From: Sandaracinaceae bacterium
GTDB taxonomy: Bacteria; Myxococcota_A; Polyangia; Polyangiales; Sandaracinaceae
DNA length: 64,000 nt
NCBI GenBank assembly: GCA_045106715.1
Contig: JBGCFC010000009.1
Span: 128,001 to 192,000, forward strand
Direction: 5' to 3'
Position numbers and translations under genes: made by a program. Numbering within the stretch: position 1 is the stretch's first letter; every line of letters begins with the position of its first letter. The notes below the pieces were generated by a model. The model saw only the letters and a program-made list of their open reading frames with translations. It searched no databases and was not told the origin of the DNA. Below, in pieces: positions 10,097 to 17,569 of this stretch.

Positions 10097-11095
10097 ATGG
10101 GCGCAGTCCGCGAGTTCATGGACCATCACTACCTGCACTTCAACAGTCGTGAAGTGGTGGCCGCGGCACGGGCATGGGAGGCGCACCTCGCGGCCGGGGG
10201 ACGAATGCTCGTGACGCTCGCCGGCGCCATGAGCACCGCGCGCATCGGCCGGATCCTCTCCCGCATGATCCGAGAGAACAAAGTGCACGCGATCTGCTGC
10301 ACGGGCGCGAACCTCGAGGAGGACGTGTTCAACCTGCTCGCGGCGAACGAGTACGAGATCATCGACGACTGGCGGGCCTTGAGCGCGGACGACGAGAAGG
10401 CGCTCTACGACCGGGGCTTCAACCGGGTGACCGACACCTGCATCCCGGAGACCGTGATGCGGCACCTCGAGGAGCGGCTGCTGGCGCGGTGGAAGAAGGC
10501 CTCCGCCGAGGGCGAGCGCCGCTTCCCGAGCGAGATGCTGTTCGACGTCTTGGGCGACCCGACGCTCGCCGAGCACTACCAGATCCCGAAGAGCGATTCT
10601 TGGATGCTCGCGGCGAAGGACGAGGGCATCCCCGTGTACACGCCGGGCTGGGAAGACTCGACGACGGGCAACATGTTCGCGGCGGCGTGTTTTCGCGGCG
10701 ACCTGCCCGACCATGGCTGCGTGAAGACCGGCACCGAGCAGCTCGCGAGCCTGATGAAGTGGTACATCCAGAACAGCGGGTACCGCGGTGAGAACAAGCC
10801 CCCCGAAGGGCACCCGAGCGTCGGCTTTTTTCAGGTCGGGGGCGGCATCGCGGGGGACTTCGCCATCTGCGCGGTCCCGACGATGGTGCAGGACCTCAAG
10901 ATGGAGCGCGTGCCGTACTGGGGGTACTTCGCGCAGATCTCCGACGCGGTCACGAGCTACGGGGGCTACTCGGGCGCGGTCCCGAACGAGAAGATCACCT
11001 GGGGCAAGCTCGAGGTCGACACGCCGAAGTTCATGATCCAGTCCGACGCGAGCATCGTCGCCCCGCTGATCTTCGGCTACGTGCTCGGGGATTGA
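10097..11095 (+). CDS. Deoxyhypusine synthase family protein (DHS-like / homospermidine synthase-like)
   Basis: 'MGAVREFMDHHYLHFNSREVV...LVTLAGAMSTARIGRILSRMIRENKVHAICCTGANLEEDVFNLLA' matches the DHS fold, including the NAD-binding 'CTGANLEED' region. Length is 332 aa. Confidence 0.75.
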   Translation: MGAVREFMDHHYLHFNSREVVAAARAWEAHLAAGGRMLVTLAGAMSTARIGRILSRMIRENKVHAICCTGANLEEDVFNLLAANEYEIIDDWRALSADDEKALYDRGFNRVTDTCIPETVMRHLEERLLARWKKASAEGERRFPSEMLFDVLGDPTLAEHYQIPKSDSWMLAAKDEGIPVYTPGWEDSTTGNMFAAACFRGDLPDHGCVKTGTEQLASLMKWYIQNSGYRGENKPPEGHPSVGFFQVGGGIAGDFAICAVPTMVQDLKMERVPYWGYFAQISDAVTSYGGYSGAVPNEKITWGKLEVDTPKFMIQSDASIVAPLIFGYVLGD

Positions 11096-11110
11096 CCGAC
11101 GAGCCTTCGA

Positions 11111-12342
11111 CTACATCAGGCAGCCTTCGTCGACCGTGTCGTCGCAGTCGTCGTCGAAGCCGTTGCAGACTTCGTCCATCGGGACACACGCGACGGGCAC
11201 ACATCCAAACGAGATCGCCAGCCGCGTCGTCTCCCCGCTGCGCAGCCGGCCGCACGAAGCCCCGTTGAGCGTCAGCGTGTTGCCCCCAGCGTCGTAGGAC
11301 CAGCCGTCTGTGTCGTCTTGGGCGAGCGGCACATCGTTCTCGTTGACGAACAAGGCGTCCGGGTCGGGTGGGGTCGAACTCAGGGGGATGATGCAGCTCA
11401 CGACCCGTGAGGCGATGGCGTCGAACACGCTGTCGAGCGAGCTGGCGTCGTCCGCGACGTAGTAGCTCGGAGGCCCCGCCGGGTTGACGAGGCCGCCGCG
11501 CGACGCGATCGCTTCGAGCGAGTCGACCGACGCGCCCGTGGTGAAGCCGACGACCGCTGTTGGGATGCCCGCCGTGACCAGCGAGTCGGTGAGGGTCTGC
11601 AGCTCCTCGTTGCTCACATCGCACGTCACGCCTCCGTCCGTGACGACGATCGCGAAGCTCGCGCGCATCGGGTCCGACAGCTCGCTGAGCGCGAGCGCGC
11701 CGTTGAGGGCGTCCGCCGTCGGCGTTTCGCGCGGCTGCGTCGTCGTATCGGCGTTGTCCAACCCGCAGAGCCCAAAGGGCTGGATGTTGTCCGTCCGTAG
11801 CATCGCGTCGATCGCCCCGGCGGTCCCCGGGCCCGGGGGGACTTCCGCCTCGACCGGCATGCCGCATCCTTCGCGCGCATCGGGGAACGCCATCAATCCC
11901 CAGAACACGCGCGTCGGGAACCGCGACACCAGTCCGAGCAGGCCGTCTCGACCCACCGTCCAGCGCGTGCGCGCGTCGTCCGGGCCAGTGCCGAACTCGC
12001 TTATCTCGTCCAGGCGGCGTCGCATGGAGCACGAGCGGTCGAAGATCAGAAGCACGTTTGGCGGGCGGTAGTCGAGGGCACGCTCTCCCCACCGCAGCCC
12101 GCGTCCGAGGCTGCGTCCGAGTCGGAGCCCGCGTCGGAGCCTCCGTCCGCCACATCGCCAGCGTCGATGCCCGTGCCGCTGTCCATCCCGCCCGCGTCGC
12201 TGCGATCCCCGGCATCCGGGCCGTCCGGCCGGCGCTGGCAGCGTTCGTCCACACACTGCTCATCCGCCGGGCACTCGGAATCGCTGCCGCACGGCGTCCC
12301 GCTGCCGGTGTCGCCGGAGCAGTCGCAGCCAGTGGCGAACAA
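11111..12342 (-). pseudogene. VWA-domain lipoprotein; the N-terminal signal / acidic linker and the VWA domain lie in different frames (apparent frameshift near 12068-12085)
   Basis: Frame A (12046-12342) reads '..LLFATGCDCSGDTGSG...CGSDSECPADEQCVDERC...DAGSDSDAASDAGCGGE', i.e. a lipobox followed by an acidic D/G/S linker. Frame B (11111-12256) carries the VWA MIDAS motif 'NVLLIFDRSCSM' and 'FAIVVTDGGVTCD', but its first 60 codons are G/R-rich junk. Both frames read 'GGE' at the same spot, so a 1-2 nt indel in the GGGG run at about 12075 would fuse them. Confidence 0.55.
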
Positions 12343-12417
12343 GAGGGCGAAGACGGCGGTCGCGCGGAGGAAGGTTATGCCTCTAGTGTGCCTGCCAGGG
12401 AACGGACTGGGAACGAA

Positions 12418-13869
12418 CTACCGAAGCTTGCGCTTGAGGGTGTTGCGATCGATGCCCAGCTCCCGCGCGGCGCGGCTGAGGTTGTGTCCCGTTCGTTCGA
12501 GCGCCTCGTCGATCAGCTGCCTCTCGAGCGCCCGGACGGCGTCTCGCAGACGCACTGGAGCGCCGACGTCGGGGACAGAGCGGGCTGCCGAGGGCACCAC
12601 GCGGATCTCGTCGCTCAGGTCTTCGAGGGTCACGCGGTGGTCGCAGAACACGCGCCATCGCGCGACCTCGGCCCGGAGCTCGCGCACGTTTCCCGGCCAC
12701 GCGTACGACTCGAGCGCGCCCCACGCCGCCGGGGTGACCTGCAGCTCGGCGCGGCCGAGGAAATGCTGGACCAAGCGGCGGAGGTCCCCGGCGCGCTCGC
12801 GGAGCGGAGGCACGTCGAGGACCGCTCCCTTCAGGCGATAGTAGAGATCTTCCCGGAAACGGCCGCCGCCCGCCATCTCGCGGAGGTCGCGATGGGTGGC
12901 CGCGACCACGCGCACGTCGACGCGCACCTCCCGCTCGCCGCCCACGCGCCGGAGCACACCTGTCTCCAACACCCGGAGGAGGCGCACCTGAACCGCCGGG
13001 TCTGCCTCCCCGATCTCGTCCAGGAACAGGGTGCCCCCGTCGGCCAGCTCGAAGAGGCCGCGGCGCCGGCCGACGGCGCCAGTGAACGCGCCACGTTCGT
13101 GCCCAAAGAGCTCGCTCTCGAGCGTGCCCGCGCTCAGCGCCCCGCAGTTGATGGCCAGAAGCGGCCCCTCGCGCCGCCCGCTCGCGTCGTGGATCGCCCG
13201 CGCCACCAGCTCCTTTCCGCTTCCGGTTTCACCGTGGATCAAGACGGGCACGGGCGCGGTCGCCACACGTGTCACGCGGTCGATCAACCGCATCAACGCC
13301 GTGCTGTGTCCGACCATGCCGCCCCGCGCCACCACGTCCGCCCGAAGCTGCTGCACTTCTTCGCGGAGCGCCCGCATGACCGGGAAGCCCTCGATGTCGA
13401 GCGTCACTTCGCGAAGGGCGCGGGGGTGAGGGTCGGGCACAAACGCGGGAGGAACGACCTGAAGCATCTGCGCCGCGAGCAGCCCCGACTGGACGAGCAC
13501 CACCCAGATCGTCTGCGCTTGCGGGGTGCCGGCGCTGAGCACCACGGTGACCCGCGCCTCGGGCGATACCCGGTCGACGACCGGCATGAGCGCCGCAAAC
13601 AACCGCGCGTGGTCCGACGGGTCGGGCACGTCCAACACGATCGGCTGCACGTCCGGAACGAACGCGCGCATCTCCGCCACCAGTCTGTCGGTCGCCTCTT
13701 GCTGCAGCGGCGTCGTGAGCACCCACGCCGCGTCGTACGCATCCTGGCTCTCGGGTTGCTCGAGCAGGCGAACGATCGGGCCTCGATCACGAGGGGAGGG
13801 TGCGTCCCGATGATGAGAGCGGGGCCCGCGGATCACCGAGCGGTCCGACCACGTGAGCAGCAAGCGCAT
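12418..13869 (-). CDS. rtcR: Sigma-54-dependent transcriptional regulator RtcR (CARF-like N-domain + AAA+ sigma54-activator domain + HTH)
   Basis: The AAA+ domain has 'LIHGETGSGKELVARAIH', 'GAFTGA' and 'DVRVVAATHRDL'. The C-terminal HTH is 'LSRAARELGIDRNTLKRKLRKL'. The N-domain 'VVLSAGTPQAQTIWVVLVQSGLLAAQMLQV' aligns with E. coli RtcR 'HITTGTHVAQICWFLLAEARYLPARLIQ'. The start is set at the ATG at 13869, because the upstream part of the ORF would overlap the divergent rtcB-family gene. Confidence 0.8.
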   Translation of the reverse strand: MRLLLTWSDRSVIRGPRSHHRDAPSPRDRGPIVRLLEQPESQDAYDAAWVLTTPLQQEATDRLVAEMRAFVPDVQPIVLDVPDPSDHARLFAALMPVVDRVSPEARVTVVLSAGTPQAQTIWVVLVQSGLLAAQMLQVVPPAFVPDPHPRALREVTLDIEGFPVMRALREEVQQLRADVVARGGMVGHSTALMRLIDRVTRVATAPVPVLIHGETGSGKELVARAIHDASGRREGPLLAINCGALSAGTLESELFGHERGAFTGAVGRRRGLFELADGGTLFLDEIGEADPAVQVRLLRVLETGVLRRVGGEREVRVDVRVVAATHRDLREMAGGGRFREDLYYRLKGAVLDVPPLRERAGDLRRLVQHFLGRAELQVTPAAWGALESYAWPGNVRELRAEVARWRVFCDHRVTLEDLSDEIRVVPSAARSVPDVGAPVRLRDAVRALERQLIDEALERTGHNLSRAARELGIDRNTLKRKLR

Positions 13870-13880
13870 GATGCGAAGTT

Positions 13881-13928
13881 CACCACATCTGGTGCGTCTG
13901 TCACCACTAGGTTGGTGCGTTTCGCACC
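13881..13928. promoter_or_regulatory. Cluster of inverted repeats in the rtcR / rtcB-family intergenic region, a candidate RtcR enhancer (UAS)
   Basis: CACCA(13881-85)-catc-TGGTG(13890-94)-cgtctgt-CACCA(13902-06). A perfect palindrome GGTGCG-ttt-CGCACC lies at 13914-13928. The 8-mer TGGTGCGT is directly repeated at 13890 and 13913. Confidence 0.4.
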
Positions 13929-13968
13929 GATTCGCGCTGGGGGACGTTCCTCGGCTGGCGGTTTGGGC

Positions 13969-13984
13969 TGGCATGCGGCCTGCT
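13969..13984 (+). promoter_or_regulatory. Candidate sigma54 (-24/-12) promoter for the rtcB-family/prfH operon
   Basis: The sequence is tGGcatg-cggc-cTGC. The GG at 13970-71 and the GC at 13982-83 are separated by exactly 10 nt, and 9 of 11 defined positions match the TGGCACG-N4-TTGC consensus. It sits directly upstream of the ATG at 13997 and downstream of the RtcR gene. Confidence 0.4.
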
Positions 13985-13996
13985 GAGGAGAGCGGC

Positions 13997-15199
13997 ATGA
14001 CATCGCTTCCCATCACCGTGCTTGGCGCCGACTCCGTGTGGATGGAGTCCGACGCATTGGACCAGCTGGCGTCCGTCGCTTCGCGGGACGGGTGCTGCCA
14101 GGCGGTCGGCATGCCGGACCTTCATCCGGGGCGCGGCATCCCGATTGGCGCGGCGTTTCGATTCACGGAGCGCGTCTGGCCCGAGCTCGTGGGCAGCGAC
14201 GCCGGGTGCGGCGTGCTGACCCTCGTGGCGCGGCGTGCCGGTGCCCGTGGGGATCTGCTCGAACGGCGGGTCACGCGGGCTTGGTCGACCCCGGTCCTTG
14301 CGGACGTGCCGTCCGGTCCATTGCTGGAAGCGGTCTGGAATCGCGGTCCGCGCGGCCTGGCCGGTGTGGCGGGCGTACCGGAGGCGCTGGCCGAATGGGT
14401 CACGCACCCTGCCTTCGAGGACGACGCAGGGCCGAGTGGACCGGGCTTCTCCGAGCCGCGCTTCGCCGAACAGCTCGGCTCGATCGGTGGCGGAAACCAC
14501 TTCGCCGAAGTCAGTCACGTGGCCTCGACGACCGACCGCGCCGCCGCGAAGCGAGCGGGCCTTCGGCGGGACGCGCAAGTGCTGCTCGTGCACAGCGGTT
14601 CTCGCGGCCTCGGCGCCGCGCTGCACCGACGCTACGCATCGGCCGGCGCCCTCGGGCTCGCGGACGCACCGGCGTATCTGGCGGACCTGCGCGGTGCGGT
14701 TCGCTACGCCCGCGCCAACCGGGTGCTCATCGCGTGGCGGCTGATGCAGGCGGCGGGCCTCGGCGCACCACACCGCATCGCCGCCGCGTTCGACATCGTG
14801 CACAACACCGTGGAGCGCGAGGGAGACACGTTCCTCCACCGCAAGGGCGCGGCGCCCGCCCACGCAGGCCAGTTCACGGTGGTGCTCGGCAGCCGCGGGG
14901 CGCCGAGCTGGGTCCTCGAGGGACGGGGCAACGAGGCCTGTCTTTCGAGCGTCGCGCACGGGGCCGGTCGCCGCATGGCGCGCGGGGAGGCCTTCGAGAA
15001 GTTGCGCGCGAAACGCACCAAGCGCGCGCTGTCCCGCACGGCGCTCGGGAGCCGCGTGCTGTGCGACGACACCCGCCTGCTCTACGAAGAGCACCCCGAC
15101 GCGTACAAGGCCATCGAGCCGGTGGTGAAGGCGCTGGAAGAGGCGGGTGCGGGGCGACGCGTCGCGTGCCTGTCTCCGCTGCTCACGGTGAAGAAATGA
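13997..15199 (+). CDS. rtcB: RtcB-family RNA ligase, release-factor-H-coupled subtype (RtcB2)
   Basis: 'VGMPDLHPGRGIPIGAAF', 'GGNHFAEV', 'LLVHSGSRGLG', 'HNTVERE' and 'SSVAHGAGRRM' correspond to the RtcB metal/GTP-binding motifs. It is about 400 aa and lacks the canonical N-terminal extension. Its stop overlaps the prfH start (ATGA at 15196-15199). Confidence 0.8.
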   Translation: MTSLPITVLGADSVWMESDALDQLASVASRDGCCQAVGMPDLHPGRGIPIGAAFRFTERVWPELVGSDAGCGVLTLVARRAGARGDLLERRVTRAWSTPVLADVPSGPLLEAVWNRGPRGLAGVAGVPEALAEWVTHPAFEDDAGPSGPGFSEPRFAEQLGSIGGGNHFAEVSHVASTTDRAAAKRAGLRRDAQVLLVHSGSRGLGAALHRRYASAGALGLADAPAYLADLRGAVRYARANRVLIAWRLMQAAGLGAPHRIAAAFDIVHNTVEREGDTFLHRKGAAPAHAGQFTVVLGSRGAPSWVLEGRGNEACLSSVAHGAGRRMARGEAFEKLRAKRTKRALSRTALGSRVLCDDTRLLYEEHPDAYKAIEPVVKALEEAGAGRRVACLSPLLTVKK

Positions 15200-15804
15200 C
15201 CCGCCCGCGCACCTTGCTGACGGTGTCTACGGGTCTCGGCCCGGTGGACATGCGGCCCCTCTTGCCTCGTCTCGCCGCGGCCCTCGCGTCCGAGCTCGCG
15301 GTCCGAGGATGCGCCGTCGTGGGGACCGTGCACGAAGAGGAGCTCAGGAGCGCGGCGCTGCTCGTGGAGGGCGGCGTGCCAGCAGATCTGCTCGGCACAC
15401 ACGCGGTGGTGGCCCGGAGTCCGCGCCGAGGCCGGCACGCGCGCAAGCGGTGGTTCTTTGGGGTCACGAGCGCGCCGTTCGATACCCAGCCGGTCGCGCT
15501 CAAACCGGAGGACGTGCGCTACCAGACGTGTCGCGCGGGAGGCGCCGGCGGCCAGCACGTGAACAAGACCGACTCCGCGGTGATCGCGGTGCACGTGCCG
15601 AGCGGCCTCCGCGCCCGCGTCTCTTCGGAGCGCTCACAGCACCAGAACCGGCGCCTCGCGCGGGCGCTGCTCGAGCACAAGTGGGTGCGCCTCGCCGCGT
15701 CGAAGAAGGCCGACCGGGATCGCGCCGCGCGCCGCCGTCGCCTTCAGGTGGAGCGCGGCTCTCCTGTGCGTGTCTGGCGACTCGAGGGCGGGCGACTCGG
15801 CTGA
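15196..15804 (+). CDS. prfH: Peptide chain release factor H (PrfH, RF-H)
   Basis: It is 202 aa with the GGQ motif 'RAGGAGGQHVNKTDSAVIAVHVPSGL' and 'SERSQHQNRRLA'. It is short, lacks the codon-recognition domain, and is translationally coupled to the rtcB-family gene. Confidence 0.85.
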   Translation: MTRPRTLLTVSTGLGPVDMRPLLPRLAAALASELAVRGCAVVGTVHEEELRSAALLVEGGVPADLLGTHAVVARSPRRGRHARKRWFFGVTSAPFDTQPVALKPEDVRYQTCRAGGAGGQHVNKTDSAVIAVHVPSGLRARVSSERSQHQNRRLARALLEHKWVRLAASKKADRDRAARRRRLQVERGSPVRVWRLEGGRLG

Positions 15805-15872
15805 CGGGTCGGGCGGCACGCCTCGTGCTCTGGAAGTTGGGCATCCACTCCGCGATCCGAAGGAACCCAAGA

Positions 15873-16973
15873 ATGCCCGACTCCCATGACTCTTCGCTGC
15901 CGGTGCTGCCCGACAGCTTGTCCTCGCCTTCGCTCTTGGCCCGACGTTTTGACGAGACGCATCCGTACCGAACTCCGTCGGGGCGACGCCGACTCCTGGA
16001 CGAGCGCAGACAGACGGCGCGCGCCCTCGAGCAGGCGGAGCAGGCCGCCACGGATCGAAGGCGACTTCGAGCCGAGCTGCTGCACCTCGACGAGCTGCTG
16101 AAGGTGCGGAGCGAGCGCGCGATCGATCGCATCCGCCTGCGCACGAAGTGCCGCGAACGCTGGGACCGGATGGGCCCATCCGACGCGGAGCTCGGCCCGG
16201 ACACGGTGCGGCGGTGCAACCGGTGTCAGCGCGATGTGTTCGATCTGTCGAAGATGACGGAGGGGGAGATCGAGACGTTGGTCACGGGCGCCGGGGCGCA
16301 GCCCCCTCTGCGCTTGCACCGTCGCTCCGATGGTCGGGTCGTCACCGCCTCGTGCCCTCCGCGGGACGAGACCCCGTTGCTCTACGGGATCGGCGCCGCG
16401 GCGGGGGGCGCGATGCTGGCGACGTCCCTCTTCGCGACCAGTCAGCTCGGCGCGATGGATGTGCAGCCGAGTTCATCCCCGTCGGCGCTGTCGGTCGCGA
16501 CCCCGGCTCCGACCCCCGTGCAAGCCCCGCCCGCCCGCGCGTCGGCGCCGCTTCCCTCCCCTCCGGAGGTGCGCCCTACCGAAACCGAGGAGGTGCGCCT
16601 GCCGCCACGGCCCCTCGTGAGGACAGGAGACATCACCCTGACGGGGCCACGCCAATGGCGTGTGCGGCGGGCGCTGGTGGACCGGGTTCTGGAGCGCACG
16701 CCCACCGTCATGCGAGTGCCCTGGGCCATCCCCCACGAAGAGGATGGCCGCGTGGTCGGTGTGAAAATCTACCGGGTCGCCCACGGGAGCGTGTTCCACC
16801 GTCTCGGCCTGCGGAATGGGGACATGCTCATCTCCGCCAACGGCCACTCGCTCGTCGATCCCCCCTCGGCGTTCGCAGTCTATGGCCAGCTGCAGCGACG
16901 CCCACGCCGCTTTTCGCTGCGCCTTGAGCGTGACGGCGCGGAGTTCGTGAACCTCTACCGCATCGTCGACTGA
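15873..16973 (+). CDS. Hypothetical membrane protein: cytoplasmic coiled-coil + Cys cluster (zinc-ribbon-like), one TM helix, Pro-rich linker, C-terminal PDZ domain (GspC-like)
   Basis: The ATG at 15873 follows prfH by 68 bp. Features are 'RLRTKCRERW...RRCNRCQRDVFD', the TM 'LLYGIGAAAGGAMLATSLFATSQLG' and the PDZ-like 'VGVKIYRVAHGSVFHRLGLRNGDMLISANGHSLVDPPSAFAVY'. Confidence 0.5.
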   Translation: MPDSHDSSLPVLPDSLSSPSLLARRFDETHPYRTPSGRRRLLDERRQTARALEQAEQAATDRRRLRAELLHLDELLKVRSERAIDRIRLRTKCRERWDRMGPSDAELGPDTVRRCNRCQRDVFDLSKMTEGEIETLVTGAGAQPPLRLHRRSDGRVVTASCPPRDETPLLYGIGAAAGGAMLATSLFATSQLGAMDVQPSSSPSALSVATPAPTPVQAPPARASAPLPSPPEVRPTETEEVRLPPRPLVRTGDITLTGPRQWRVRRALVDRVLERTPTVMRVPWAIPHEEDGRVVGVKIYRVAHGSVFHRLGLRNGDMLISANGHSLVDPPSAFAVYGQLQRRPRRFSLRLERDGAEFVNLYRIVD

Positions 16974-17380
16974 ACCGCGTCGCGGGCGTGGGCGAACGCC
17001 TCGGCCTCGTCCACCACGACGTGCCAGTCCAACCCGTCCTGTCGCATGTGCCGCTGCACGTGCATGCGGCCGACCTGCGTCTGGCAGATCACCGCCACCG
17101 CGGCCCAGCTCGAGAACAGCTCCCGTCGCAGCGGCGCCCACACCTCCTCGAACGCGGGGTCCGTGCGGCCGCGCGCCTGGCGCAAATCGATCACGAGGGC
17201 CGTGCTCGATCGCGGCCTGCCAGCGAGCGCGGTGCGCAATCCATCCGCCCCGTTCTGGAGCGCGCCCACGTCCTCAAACTCCTTGCTGGACCGAGTGACC
17301 AACAGGACCGGCCCATCCGCGCGGACGGCGTGAAGGCCATCGTCGAAGACCGATTCGTCGAAGCGTGAAGGACCCATCAT
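16955..17380 (-). CDS. Small hypothetical protein (141 aa), possibly STAS/DUF4325-like fold
   Basis: This is only the C-terminal 141 codons of the long track ORF 16955..18766, taken from 'MMGPSRFDESVFDDGLHAVRADGPVLLVTRSS...ALVIDLRQARGRTDPAFEEVWAPLRREL'. It has balanced, protein-like composition. The remainder of that ORF is antisense to rtcB. It converges with, and overlaps, the end of the PDZ gene by 19 nt. Confidence 0.35.
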   Translation of the reverse strand: MMGPSRFDESVFDDGLHAVRADGPVLLVTRSSKEFEDVGALQNGADGLRTALAGRPRSSTALVIDLRQARGRTDPAFEEVWAPLRRELFSSWAAVAVICQTQVGRMHVQRHMRQDGLDWHVVVDEAEAFAHARDAVQSTMR

Positions 17381-17508
17381 GATGCTGCGTGAAAGGCGCC
17401 TTATGATACCGTCTGTCGATGGGTGAGTGGGCGCTCTACTTGGATAAGAGCAATCCTGTGAGATAGCGATGGGGCCGCCGGTTCTTGTGACCCTCTCCCC
17501 TCGAGCCG

Positions 17509-17525
17509 ATGGCACGGAGGATGCG
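17509..17525 (+). promoter_or_regulatory. Sigma54 (-24/-12) promoter upstream of canonical rtcB
   Basis: The sequence aTGGCACG-gagg-aTGCg at 17509-17525 matches TGGCACG-N4-TTGC at 10 of 11 defined positions with correct GG-N10-GC spacing. It lies about 45 nt upstream of the ATG at 17570. The preceding intergenic stretch (17381-17500) is unusually AT-rich and contains the palindrome AAGGCGCCTT (17393-17402). Confidence 0.6.
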
Positions 17526-17569
17526 TTGGAGGTTGCCGGCGCCCCGAGCTGGGCGCGGGAGACAGCACG

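Noticed and set aside
13853-13996. Upstream extension (GTG at 13853) of the RtcB2 ORF
   Set aside because: It would overlap the divergent rtcR start (13869) and it encodes an R/S-rich leader. The ATG at 13997 aligns with RtcB N-termini and leaves an intergenic region with promoter-like features.
15309-15872. 5' extension of the PDZ-protein ORF back to 15309
   Set aside because: It overlaps prfH out of frame and is Arg-rich. The in-frame ATG at 15873 directly after prfH is used instead.
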